Source: Octopus vulgaris (Eukaryota). From it: a stretch of DNA of 64,000 nt. How positions within the stretch are numbered: position 1 is the stretch's first letter; each line of letters starts with the position of its first letter. Location of the stretch: positions 45,818,001 through 45,882,000 of the forward strand of contig OX597814.1 in assembly GCA_951406725.2 (NCBI GenBank), given 5' to 3'. Position numbers and translations under genes: made by a program. Shown here in pieces: positions 51,181 to 63,619 of the stretch. The notes beneath the pieces were generated by a model. The model was not told the DNA's origin. It made no database searches and saw only the letters and a list, made by a program, of their open reading frames with translations.

Positions 51181-52184
51181 TCACACCCAGATATACAGTT
51201 ATATACAAAATGTAATGTTGCTGTCGTCGTGGTCTAAAATGCCCTGTTGGCAATAGATTACCCCTATGAAATGTTATATTGTTTTAATTGAAATGAGAAT
51301 AAAATTTTGTATTGACACTGACCAACCCTCACATAAGTATAGTGTGTTTAATAATGTACCTAACATGGAAAGACACACACTGTGAGACATATACGCACTC
51401 ATACGCTCACACATACATTCACAGACAGATACACAGTCATATACAAAATATGCCGTCATTGTCATCGTGATTAGAATTAAAAGTACAAATATGAAAGTGA
51501 AACAATATATCATATTACAAAATAGATATTATAGTTTCACTTTTATTCTTTGACCTTTGACATGTAATACTGAACTAGGGCCAATGTTGCATTGTTTGAA
51601 TCCAAATGACAAAAAAATTACATGTTGACATTCATGGGGTCTGATAGTATCACCATGTAAAATTTGATTTGATTTGGTTGAGCCACTTCAGAATACATTA
51701 GGAACAGACAGACAGAAAGATAAAGGATTATATATATCTCTTATTATAAAAGGCAGATTTTATCTGCCTCCCTTTGTATCTTATAGAAATCTACAATATA
51801 GGATTTCTTCAATTACAATTTACCTAGCATTTTTAAGAGTAGAATGCATCGGGTCGTGACAGGTCCACTTTTTAAAATTTCAACCCCAATTAAGCAAAAT
51901 TTACAGAAAACTCACATTGTGGTGTCTAAGTCAAATGCTTCTCTTAGTGTGGCCTACACCACACGCACACGCACACACACAGTGTGCAACGAATAAAGTG
52001 AAAGTAATTCACTTTTTGTACTGAGTGACTCTTTCACTCTGCCACTTCCTCTTTACACACATAGACACGCAATTATATAAATAAAATTGTAAGCTAACGT
52101 GTGTGTGTGTGTGTGTGTGCGTGTGTGTGTGTGTGTGAGGGTGCGTGTGTGTGTGTGTGTGCGTGTGCGTGAGTGTGTGACAGG

Positions 52185-52860
52185 AAAGTTTTTTAGGACG
52201 AATATAAGACCTATATCCAAGTAGCAGAAAGATCGCCCAAAAGTTTATATAGATATTTAAATGTATTTATATATTCATCTATACACAGATGTATGTATAA
52301 TGTGTGTGTATATATTTCCATAGAGGTAACCTTTCACTCCATACAAAGTTTTTTAGGACGAATATAAGATCTAAAGTATATACAAGTAGCAGAAAGATCG
52401 CCCAAAAGTGTATATAGATATTTAAATTTATTTATATATTCATCTATACACAGATGTATGTATAATGTGTGTGTATATATTTCCATACACGTAACCATTC
52501 ACTCCTCACAAAGTTTTTTAGGACGAAAATAAGATCTAAAGTTATCTCTAAGTAGCACAAAGATCGCCCAAAAGTGTATATAGATATATAAATGTATTTA
52601 TATATTCATCTATGCACACATGTATGTATAACGTGTGTGTATATATTTCTATAGAGGTAACCATTCACTCCATACAAAGTTTTTTAGGACGAAAATAAGA
52701 TCTAAAGTTATCTCTAAGAAACAGAAAGATCGCCCAAAAGTGTATATAGATATTTAAATGTATTTATATATTCATCTATACACACATGTATGTATAATGT
52801 GCGTGTATATATTTCCATAGAGGTAACCATTCAATCCATACAAAGTTTTTTAGGACGAAA
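52185..52860 (+). repeat. ~165-bp tandem repeat, 4 full units plus a partial
   Basis: AAAGTTTTTTAGGACGAA recurs at 52185, 52345, 52510, 52676 and 52842 (periods 160, 165, 166, 166). Confidence 0.95.
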
Positions 52861-53084
52861 ATATTTATATATAAAAGAAAGGTTGTGTGTCTGTCTACTC
52901 CGATTTAGATTCCTAACTACTCCCACATTTTGCGATGCAGTTTAACCAAAACCGGGTATCTTATAGTCGTGATTCATATCAAGCCCTTCTGGGTATTAGC
53001 GCGTGTCTACGATGAGTCTATGATTTTACAAATAATTTACCATCATTTTTTTCCATTTTAATGCATTTTTCTTAATAAAGGGAA

Positions 53085-53630
53085 GTAACTCTCAAACTTC
53101 ACACCAATATGCGTGCTCATATGCGACGTAATATCACATCAGCAGCATTTCCTCACACCCTCCTTGCACTTGACGAAGGCAAAATACCAGGGGATGAAAA
53201 TGGTAATATTGCCATCGATTCCATTTGTACCATTGTTAAGACACCTTCTGATCTCAGAGATGCAGTGTTCCCAGATCTACAAGCTAATTATCAGAATATG
53301 GATTGGATTGGCAAAAAGGCTATACTGGCCCCGAGGAATAAAACTGTTCACCATATTAATAATGAAATGCTAAAACTCATTCCTGGGGAAGTCTATGTAT
53401 ATCAGTCTATCGATACAATTCCTGACTCAGAGGACGTCATCAACTATCCAATAGAGGTACTCAATTCCTTTGAGCACCCCGGACTACCACCACACTTTCT
53501 CAAACTTAAAGTTGGTGCCCCTATAATGCTCATCAGAAATTTGGTTCCCCCAAAACAATGCAATGGCACACGTTTGATCGTTAAGTCCTTATCTCCCACC
53601 GTAAGCTTATATCAATATTTGCCTGAATAA
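53085..53630 (+). pseudogene. PIF1-family (Helitron RepHel) helicase fragment, L..NMR motif through the 2B domain
   Basis: LHTNMR, AILAPRN, INNEML, YPIEVLNS, PGLPPHFLKLKVGAPIMLIRNL and CNGTRL motifs. Lacks the N-terminal Walker motifs and the C-terminal motifs. Confidence 0.92.
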
Positions 53631-53787
53631 TCATCATAATTCAGTGCAATCATTAACAGTACTTTCAAGCAATTCAGCCCCGAGCAACGCCGGGCAATTC
53701 TGCTAGTATATATATATATATTTATACACACACATGCATGTGTTTACAAAACACATACACGTACAGATATATATATACATGTATGCA

Positions 53788-53821
<34 letters not shown>

Positions 53822-53834
53822 CATACATATATAC

Positions 53835-53896
<62 letters not shown>

Positions 53897-53900
<4 letters not shown>

Positions 53901-54084
53901 GTCCCGGGTTGAGTCGGGGTTAACCACAGTAAATAAGGTACTCAATACATAGCAGAGTAAATTAATTTATTTTATAGAAGGAGCTTCTACAGGACTAGAA
54001 CTGTTTCATTCAAATGAAATCATCAGGATGATTTCATTTGAATGAAACAGTTCTAGTCCTGTAAAGCTCCTTCTATAAAATAAA
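53897..54084. mobile_element. Small fold-back insertion with hammerhead-like core (PLE-derived?)
   Basis: ~59-bp inverted arms at 53966-54024 and 54027-54084 with a 2-nt loop. Minus strand reads CTGATGA-tttcatttgaat-GAAAC-a-GTT. Unpaired extension at 53897-53965. Confidence 0.65.
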
Positions 54085-54217
54085 AAAATATATATATATA
54101 TATATATATATATTGATAGGAATGGTAAGACAACAAAAGAATGAAAGAAACCTCGATATTATGTAAACAGAGGAATTTATCTGTAAAATTAATACGTGAC
54201 AATTATTCGGTAGCCAT

Positions 54218-54278
54218 GATAAAATTCTGAGTTTCGGATATCAGGGCAGAAACCCATGCCGCCATCTCTTCAGTTATC
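54218..54278 (-). ncRNA. Type-I hammerhead-like motif
   Basis: Minus strand reads GATAA-CTGAAGA-G(atggcggcatgggtttctgccctgatatc)C-GAAAC-TCAGAAT-T-TTATC. Stem I GATAA/TTATC and the conserved core are present; stem III is imperfect. Confidence 0.55.
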
Positions 54279-55174
54279 CGGCCACCAAAAAAATGCTATG
54301 GAAAATGACCGTTAAACAAAGGGAAATTACTGTGTGATTGACCGTTATTAAGACAAAAGACCTATTGGAACGGCCGCTAAGTGAGGGGAGGGAGTAAAAA
54401 GTAAGGGAGTAAAAATGCTCATAGTATTCGCATAAGCACACATGTCCATACCTACAGGCCTTAGGGATGCTAAAGACCTACATATGATACCCAATGATCA
54501 GCAGAGGATTCCATCTAACTTAATCCTTTTGACAACACTCTCCCACCTTACTTCTGACACCAACCATTCCAGCTCTACTACAGGAAAATCCATGACAACC
54601 AAAACCTGTAGATGTATAAAATGAAGTATATCTGGCCAAAAGCATCATCTACAGGTATCAGGTTATTACTGATACAATAACTAAAAACTACATATACTAC
54701 TGTATGTCTGTGGATATGTATTTCATATATGTATGTGTGTATATATCTAAAAGTATGCGCACACACAAACACACATGTATGTATCAGTGTGTGTGTGTAT
54801 CTCTGGCTGTGTGTATAGCCATATCTACATGTATTTTTTGAGTGTGTGCACATGTGTATACATATATTTTTCTATTTTTTCTACAAGTAAATCTAATTAC
54901 CTGTTAGACATATACTTCTTTATATACATCAGTAATGACTTTCTCACTGGTAATGCCTTCTCTGTCTATTGCACAAATGTAATTCTTTTTTTCCCAAATA
55001 AATTGTACTTCAAGGCTCCGGTGAAGCTACAGGATGTTATTCAGGCATCAACTAAGAGTCCATTGCATCTTATAATAGAAATGGCAGTAAGCTAATGAAG
55101 TTCATAACATAATCATTGTTTTTCCTGTGTCATCTCTTTACACTAGGTTATAAGTCTTGCAATGCCTAAACAAA

Positions 55175-56046
55175 ATACGAAAATTGAGCATAAGTGGCAT
55201 CAGATGTGGTATGTGAGAGAGAGGCTGCACTGGTGTGGTCATGTGATGTGCGTGGATAAGGATGGCTGTGTAAAAAAGTGCCATTCTCTAACTGTGGAGG
55301 GAACCTATGGAAGAGGTAGACCCAGAAAGACATGAGACAAGGTGGTGAAGCATGATCTTCAGATGTTGGGTCTCATGGAAGTGATGATAAGTTATCAAGA
55401 CCTTTGGCAATTTGCTGTGCTTGAGAAGACTTGCTAAGCCAAGTAGTTGTTGCCAGTGATGGTGACACATAAAAGGTACCCACTAGGCATAGGAGTGGCT
55501 GTGTGGTTAGTAGCTTGCTTACAAACCACATGGTTCCGGGTTCAGTCCCACTGCATCGCACCTTGGGCAAGTGTCTTCTACTATAGCCCCAGGCCAACCA
55601 AAGCCTTGTGAGTGGATTTGGTAGACAGAAACTGAAAGAAACCCGTCGTATATATGTATATGTGCGTGTGTATGTTTGTGTGTCTGTGTTTGTCCCCCCC
55701 CCCCCCAACATCGCTTGACAACCAATGCTGGTGTGTTTATGTCCCCGTAACTTAGCGGTTCAGCAAAAGAGACCGATAGAATAAGTACTAGGCTTACAAA
55801 GAATAAGACCTGAGGTTGATTTGCTCGACTAAAGGCAGTGCTCCAGCATGGCCACAGTCAAACGACTGAAACAAGTAAAGAGTGAGAGTACTACACTCTT
55901 GGAAAGGTTGGCATTAGAAAGAGCATCAAGCTGTAGAAATCAAGCCAAATCAGACTGGAGCCTGGTAAAGCTCTTTAACTTACCCGTCCCAGTCAAACCA
56001 TCTAATCCATGCCAGCATGGAAAACAAACACTAAATGATGATGATG
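55175..56046 (+). mobile_element. RTE LINE 3' end split by a SINE insertion
   Basis: The RTE sequence CCCACTA|CACTCTTGG is interrupted at 55485/55890; (GAT)n tail at 56036-56046. Confidence 0.85.
55486..55889 (+). mobile_element. Full-length tRNA-derived SINE family 1
   Basis: Near-identical to the reverse complement of 17996-18397. Confidence 0.92.
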
Positions 56047-56067
56047 GTACATATATATAATATCATA

Positions 56068-56799
56068 ATCATCATCATTTAATGTCCATTTTCCTTGTTG
56101 GCATGGGTTTGCAATACCAGGAAGTGCACCAGGTTCCGTAGTCTGTTTTGGCTTGGTTTCTACTGCTGGATGGATACCCTTCCTAAAAGCAACCACTTTA
56201 GAGAGTGTACTGGGTGCTTTTTATGTGGCACCATCATTTGTGCTTTTTATGTGGAACCAGCACTAGCACTTTTACATGGCACCAGCACCAGTGACCTTCA
56301 TAGGCAAGCATTACCAAGGTAGTCTTAGGATATGAATTCTGTTCTGTTATGTGGTGTTGGGTGGGTTGTTCTGAGTACAGCAATGTGCCTTGATATATTT
56401 CAGTTCTTTGTCATCTTCATAAGGCATTGAGATTGGCCTTCAATACTTTAACCCCATGTCTTCCTGGGTCTTTCTCTTCCACAACTTCCATCCACTTTAA
56501 GTGATTGGCACTTCTTTATGCAATTGTCTTCATCCATACACATCACATAACCAAACTAGTCTTTTCTCTTGCTCACTGCATTTAATTCTTCTTATACCTA
56601 ACATTTTTCTGAATGTTCTAGTGCTCTGTCGCACATGTACACTTACATTATACATCCAGTGAAGCATACCAGCTTCATTCCTCTCTAGACTTCTCATGTC
56701 CTCTGCATTCAAGGCCCACGTCTCACTATCATGTTGCATTGCAGTCCATACACATCACATGCATCATACAATCGTCCTTTCCCTTAGAGAGAGGGAAAG

Positions 56800-56878
<79 letters not shown>

Positions 56879-57000
56879 CTTTGGTTACCAACAAAGGCGA
56901 AAGCTCTCTGAACTTTCTCCATCCTATTCTTATTCTAGCAATTACACTTTTGGTACATCCTCCTCCACTGCTAATTAGGTTACCTAAGTAGCAGAAATAC
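56068..57000 (-). mobile_element. Degraded RTE LINE 3' region with internal (GA)n expansion
   Basis: YLGNLISSGGGCTKSVIARIRIGWRKFRELSPLLVTKGL(SL)n and MQHDSETWALNAEDMRSLERNEA; RTE tail at 56068-56230. Confidence 0.85.
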
Positions 57001-57969
57001 ATCTGTATGAGTGTTGTGAGTGACTGTGTGTGTTTCTGTCTCTTCGTCTTGATAGAGTGTGATACTTGGAAATGATTATCATTGCCATACAAGCAGTGAC
57101 ATTCATTTCATATATTCTGCAAAACCGTGTGGCCATAGAGGAATATTAGTCCGCTTGGAAACAGGTAAGGGTTAGCAACAGGAAGGGCATCTGGTTGTAG
57201 AAAATCTGCTTCAATAAACTGTTTGACCTATGCAAGCACGAAAAAGTGTTCCTTAAAACAACGATGAGGATGATGAGGATGATGAGGATGTTGAAGAAGC
57301 ATAAGACACAAAAAGATATGAGATTGTTGGATGATCATATTTTCATAAAATCATCGACCTTATAAATATGTCTATATTAGAGTTATATATTATATAGCTC
57401 TAATACAATCAATAAATAATAAAGCCATCTATTTTTTATTGATTCTGTTGTTTATGGATTTGATTAAGACTGTGTCAATTACAAGAATTGCAAATCTGAA
57501 CAGCATTTTCTGTAATAAATGTTAATTACTTGGTATGAAATAAAATCTGTCTGAATGTGTAGCTGACAAAGAACAAGGAGGAAAGCCCATTAAGTTGTCT
57601 ATTCCAAAGTACTTCCTCCCCAAAAGTTTCAGGCATTTTCAAGTGATAGTTGATGTCAAGGAGGTAAGAAAAGCCAATTAAAAGACCACTCCTACATATT
57701 TTAATACCTGCCTGTTTTTTTTTTGTTTTGTTTTTTTTTGTTAAAGTGCAAACTAAGAATGCAGAAAAGAAATGAGAGATGGATAAATGTGTGTATGTGT
57801 GTGTGTGTGTGTGTGTGCGTACATGTGTGTGCACACATGTGTGTAAACTGAGAAAGAGGGAGAGAAAAGGTGAAAAAGAGAAGGGAGTGAGATGGTGAGG
57901 ACAATAACAATAAAATAGATTCTTGAAAATAATGACTGCCTTAAATTTTAATTTTTTGATATGACAATA

Positions 57970-58165
57970 GGGCAGTGAGCATGCTGGGCAAAATACTTCA
58001 AGTAATTCATCCATCTTTATGTTCTAAGTTTAAATTCTGCCAAAGACAACTTTGCCTTTCATCCCTTTCAGGGTTCATAAAATATGTACCATTTGAACAC
58101 TGGGATCAGTATAATTGGTTTACCTCCATCCCCCAAAATTACTGGCCTTGCGCCAAAAGTTTTTA
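57970..58165 (+). mobile_element. tRNA-derived SINE family 2
   Basis: CTTTGCCTTTCATCCCTTTCAGGGTTCATAAAATATGTACC, homologous to 10172-10392. Confidence 0.75.
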
Positions 58166-58257
58166 AAGCAATGTTTTAATATGACAATACTGACATGTTA
58201 AAAAATATAATGTGCTAAATAAAATTATAAAAATTTGCCTATTGCATGAATCTAGAT

Positions 58258-58394
58258 CAGGCAAGGACAAACTTTTTTCAAAAGGTAAACTGCATGAAAC
58301 ATGGCTCATCATAAGGTAGGCCACACTACTAAAAAAAATTCAAGGTAATTTCTCATTAGTATGCCATTCATAGGATGCAGTTTGCTGATAACTG
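58258..58394. mobile_element. Short hAT MITE, 8-bp TSD
   Basis: CAG...CTG ends; ATCTAGAT at 58250-58257 and 58395-58402. Confidence 0.75.
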
Positions 58395-59799
58395 ATCTAG
58401 ATAGTTAAATAAGGTAGGAAGTGTGGAATGACATATCACCAAAAATTCTTAATCAATTGAAAATTTTTCTATTAGTTGGCGGAGGTAATTGTTAGTGGTT
58501 CTGAAAGTAAAGGGGACATAATTTGAAGAAATTTAGAGTTAATATCTCAAAGTTGATTTACATGCTTAGGGGAAGGATAGACGGAGCTTTGAATGCAGGC
58601 AAAGGACAACTACGAACATATTTCAGCCTCTAAGACCTTATCAGCATAATATAGTCTAACCAAACTTGCTGATCAGCTTGCATAGATTGTTACATTAAGA
58701 AAAAGAGTTAGCAACTATTTTTGGCCATTATAATTTGCATAATTAAAAATAAAATGAGTTTAAAAGAAATAACTTGAATACTAGACATGCTGACATGTAC
58801 TCACATACACACACACACACATATCTAGAGAAAGAGAAAGAGATAAGGCTTCAACAAGAAGAACAACACTCAATCACATAAGAGGGTGAAGATAATGTTA
58901 TAATAAAAACCACGAGTCTTGTGAAATACAGTTACCCAGGATTTTGTAGGTGACACATTCATTTATTTCATTATTTTTCAAGCTGAGAATAAGATTGTTT
59001 GCCACTTGTGTTCAAAGCAGATGATGTTTGAACAGGGAATGCTCATAAGAAAGATGACAGAAAGAAAATCACAGGGGAGATATCCAACATTTCAACAACA
59101 TATGTTTAAAAAAATGTAAACAAGATGACAATAACCTGACTGGGAATGACTTTTTAGATGTTTTTTATTTGACCCTCCATAAGCCTAAAAAAACCCGCAT
59201 GTCACTCGCTTATTGTATTCAAAAGCTTAATTCCAAACATTAACTGTAGGATCACATGCCTTTCTTCTTCTAGAGAAATATTCGATATGACTGCCTCATA
59301 TTATAATAAGGTTCTGCAGAAAATCTGTTACTCCATTTCCCTCTGCTATCATTAGTTGTAAGAATAGATCTTGGCAAATTTTGTGGTTTGCTCCCTCTTT
59401 TCTTCCTTAATGTTCGGACAAATGTAGGTAGAAGTGTTGCAAACATTATATAACCCACATATATAACACATGTACTTTGCTTGCTTGCCAATAGGCTGAC
59501 ATAGTGGAGATGACTCTCTCAAAGCACCAGGTGTTAAAACACCTGATTGTTATAGACAGGCATGACATGCACAATATTGCTTACAACACTAGTGGTGCTT
59601 CTAATTCATATTTGAATTTTTCCTATGTATTGTCAGGGCATACCAGCAGAAGGTTTTTACACTATCTTGCTTAAAGTCAAGGACAAGCTATCCAGTTCAC
59701 CTCCAATTTGGTTCATGTATGTGTTGTTGATAAGTCACAAAAATGGTGAAACATCAATGTCTATTGCTCCTGGATGGGATTTGGGGTGAGTTATCTACC

Positions 59800-61260
59800 T
59801 TTGGAAACCCCCTTTCCCAATACATAAAAGAAAATTGGAAAAGATTCCTAGATGACTGTTTCATACTCTGGAATGAAAACACAGATAAACTCCTAAAATT
59901 CAAAAGCCTAGTGAACAGCGTCAACCCAAATATACAGTTCACAATGGAATACAACCAAAAGGAACTTCCATTCTTAGATATACTAATTGAAAAAGTTAAC
60001 CTCAAAATAGAAACAGACATTTGTTACAAAGCCACAGATGCTAAACAATACCTACTTTTTGATTCATGCCACCCAAAACACACTAAAACAAACATCCCTT
60101 TCAACCTTGCAAAAAGGATATGCACAATAGTGTCAGAACATAATACCAGAAACTTTAGACTGCAAGAATTCAAAAGCACCCTAATTGACAGACACTGCCC
60201 AGTTTGACTCATAGAGGATGGAATCAGATGTGCAACACAAATCGACATAGAAACCTTAAGAAAAGTTCAACACAGCAACACACCTTCCCCGAAAATACTG
60301 CCGTACATATCCACATACAACCTCAGAAACAAAGAAGCCTTCACCATCATCACCCAAAATTTACCAATGCTACATAAGGACCCCAAATTAAAGGAAATAT
60401 TACACTTACATAAAATCATTAAAAGCTACAAACAACCAAAATCACTAAAAAGATCCTCACAAAGGCAAAATTATTTTCTAAAATAACAGATGCAAAAGTG
60501 AAAAATTTTGCAGACCAAATTGCGCAACATGCCCAAACCTTCTAGAAGGATTAGAATTCCTCTTCAAAGAGGGTCAAAAATTCAAAATCAAATCTAATTT
60601 TACTTTTGCTTTAGAAAACCTGATTTATGTCGTAAGATGCTCGGGCTGCCACCAAAATTACATAGGGTCCATGGGATTATTGCTCAGATGCAGATGCACT
60701 CTGCATCGACAGCAGATTGCATTCCCAGAATACAGAATGATACCCTTTAGTGAACATATTGAGAAATGCGCAAAGCAACTACTACCACAATTTATAATCT
60801 TTCCTTTCTATCAATGTGCCATTGGAATACCAACACAAGTTAGATTAAATAAGGAAACCCTCTTCATTGAAAAATATAAGCCAAAACTTAACCATTTCTA
60901 ACATTTTTGAATAAGGAAACTCACCTCATTGAAAAAAATATAAAGTAAAACCTAACCACTTGTAACATTCTGTTCCTTCTAAACCAAATCATGTTATATT
61001 AGTCATTCCCAACATGTTTGATTATCCCCCTTATACCAGATAACATCCCTGATTACCTTCCCCTGTCTGGAACTCCATACTTCACAACATAGTGAAGACA
61101 TGACACGATATAGGTAGAGAAATTTGAAAAGAAACTACGAAACCAGTTATTTCTCCCAAAACTATGTTACTATACACAAAATTTTATAACATTTGTCTAA
61201 CATAACGATTTAAATATACTCTTTAACCATATAACACAAGTCTTCTGTAGTTTTTTCACT
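59800..61260 (+). mobile_element. 5'-truncated Penelope-like element (RT C-terminus + GIY-YIG endonuclease), disabled
   Basis: WKRFLDDCF, IQFTME, LPFLDI and QYLLFDSCHPKH (RT/thumb); CRPNCATCP Cys linker; NLIYVVRCSGCHQNYIG (GIY-YIG); KETLFIEKYKPKLN C-terminus. Contains a stop and frameshifts. Confidence 0.92.
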
Positions 61261-61268
61261 CTTTTTTG

Positions 61269-61314
<46 letters not shown>

Positions 61315-61394
61315 GCACACACACACACACATACACATATATGTATATATACCTTTATATATATAGTTGGGTATAAGAAGCAACAGTTGTGATG

Positions 61395-61591
61395 CTGGTG
61401 TCATGTCAGTGGCACCCATGCTGGTGTCATGTAAAAGTACCCACTACAATCTTGGAGTAGTTGGTGTTAGGAAGGCATCCAGCCATAGATACCTTGCCAA
61501 ATCAGATTGGAACCTGGTGCAGTTCCCTGGCTTACCAGTTTTCAGTCAAACCATCCAACCCATGCCAGCAGGGAAAGTGGATGTTAAACGA

Positions 61592-61596
<5 letters not shown>
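61395..61596 (+). mobile_element. RTE 3' tail copy
   Basis: GGTGTTAGGAAGGCATCCAGCC...CCATGCCAGCAGGGAAAGTGGATGTTAAACGATGAT. Confidence 0.8.
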
Positions 61597-61657
<61 letters not shown>

Positions 61658-61660
61658 ATG

Positions 61661-61692
<32 letters not shown>

Positions 61693-62619
61693 TATCTATA
61701 TATATCTACACTCACATGTGCACACACACAGACATGCAAAAACTCAAATGCACATACACACACACGCACACACACACTTACACATACAAATATACACATG
61801 CATACATTCAAACAGATAGAGGAAGGAAATACAGAAAATAATTGTTTGTTACAAATAATAAAAAATGGCAGTGAGTCACTAAATATTTTTAACCAGTAAA
61901 TGATGAAAGATGTCAGGCTAAACCAATCCTGATGACATTTCAAGAAATATGCTAAACATATTCCTTCGTTAAATTTTAGTTTTAACCAAATATTACAGAC
62001 ATCAAGACTAGCGCAAATGTTCTGAATTCAAATCTGTTTCCATATCATCATCTCAAAATTATCATTTGAAAGCTCATTTTTTTAATGCAGGTTTGGATAT
62101 GGTGCTATGCTGACAGAATCATTTGACATTTCATCTGTGAGACCCAGTTTCCTGAAATCTGACCTCTGTACTGCTTCCTATATATTCCATGATAATCTAC
62201 CACAGTTACCTTGTATTGTTTATGGTGGGTGCTTTCTCACCCAGTCACATTCAAAGCTGTATCTCTTGTATGCATCAATTAATAGCTTTAACTTTCATTT
62301 CATGTAACCCTTATGTTACCAACCTACCTTAGATTGCCCCTATTTTAATTACACAAAACTTGCTGTTTAAAAATGTTCATATTTAAAATAAAGCTTTTCA
62401 ACATAATTTTCTGTAGTAACTTTATAACTTAAGTACAAAATAACCAGCTATTTCACTAAACCCTATCAGAATCTTTATTCTCAAAATTAATTGAGGTCAT
62501 AGACAGTGTATATCATAGGAAATATGGTCACAAAAGAATTAAATCTCTGTTAGACAACCTACATAATTATTGATATACTGTTAAAACAATACTTACATGG
62601 GATTTCTACGGGGTAACTA

Positions 62620-63498
62620 TAGGGTGTTTGGGCTAAAGTTGATTTCTTTTTTTTATGTTCCCTTTTTTTTCAGGAACATCTTAATGGCATTGGAGAATAT
62701 AAAGATTAAAGATTAAAGGTGTAGATGAGAAAAAGTTACTTACATAGAGGACAGGAAACCGTCTAAATATTGGAAAAGGGTTACATGTGTCATGATGATT
62801 TGCACTGGCTATCAAAATGCTAGAATCATAACTGCTGCTCAGTACTCTTTGAACACTGTAAAGGCTGTAAGGTGTGACATGGACGGCTGCAATGGAGACT
62901 ACGAAACTGTGGCCAGCAGAAAGGGACACAGAATGTGTTTTAATTGCATCTGTCTGCCAGAATTCATTCCCTTATCTTTGAACTGGGCCTTAGACTTAAT
63001 TCAGATGGCTATATAAGGCTTTTGAAGACTGTGATCAAACCCTGGCTGGAGAGAGTTGTTGCTGAAAGGTCATATGATTGGCAGCAGGATTTGGCTCCTT
63101 GACATACTTCTGAAGAAAATCAGAAGTAGTCAGTGAAGAATATCTACAACTTCTCCAGCCCCAATTTCCAGCCACCTAGTTCCCCTGATTGTAATTCTAT
63201 GGATTACTATGTGTGGAACATAATTAAAAAAGCCACCAAATGCTCAGCCGAGATGGTGACCAAGATCAAGAAAGTGTTTGAAGATCTTCCCAGGAACACA
63301 GCGAGGAACATATGCACCAGGCACAGGAATCATCACAAAGCTGTGGTGGAAGCTGGGGGCAGCTACTCTGAGTAAACTTATTTTTCAGCCATAATCTAGT
63401 TGATACTTTTAGATTTTTTAAAAATACTTTTATTTTTGGATTGATATTGTATTTTTGTTTCCTTTACGCAAACTGTCAAATATAGTCCAAACACCTTG
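62620..63498 (+). mobile_element. Tc1/mariner superfamily DD37D (maT-type) transposon relic with both TIRs
   Basis: TA-flanked TIRs AGGGTGTTTGGGCTAAAGTTG and CAAATATAGTCCAAACACCTTG. WQQDLAP*HTS...PPSSPDCNSMDYYVW has 37 residues between the last two Asp. Internally deleted. Confidence 0.88.
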
Positions 63499-63619
63499 TA
63501 CATCTTTATTAAAGAAGCAGGGAACAAACTACAAAGAATCTGATGAAACATCAAAATATCCCAAAACTGTGGTAATTCACTTGCTAAAAACAATCTTTTC
63601 TTAAATTTAGATTATAATT

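Larger units (their letters stand above)
51737..53706 (+). mobile_element. Non-autonomous Helitron (possibly composite) with internal tandem array and helicase fragment
   Basis: 5' A|TCTCTTATTATAAAAG. 3' hairpin GCCCCGAGCAACGCCGGGC (53677-53695) followed by CTAG|T (53703-53707). A second 5'-like motif lies near 52862. Confidence 0.88.

Noticed and set aside
53109-53630. Host PIF1 helicase gene
   Set aside because: Partial domain enclosed by Helitron termini.
60205-60207. In-frame TGA in the Penelope ORF as selenocysteine
   Set aside because: Not at a recognisable conserved Cys position, and the element has downstream frameshifts; most likely a nonsense mutation.
61090-61150. Hammerhead in the 3' region of the Penelope element (GTGAAGA...GTAG/CTAC-GAAAC)
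   Set aside because: Core begins with G rather than C and spacing is irregular; too decayed to call.
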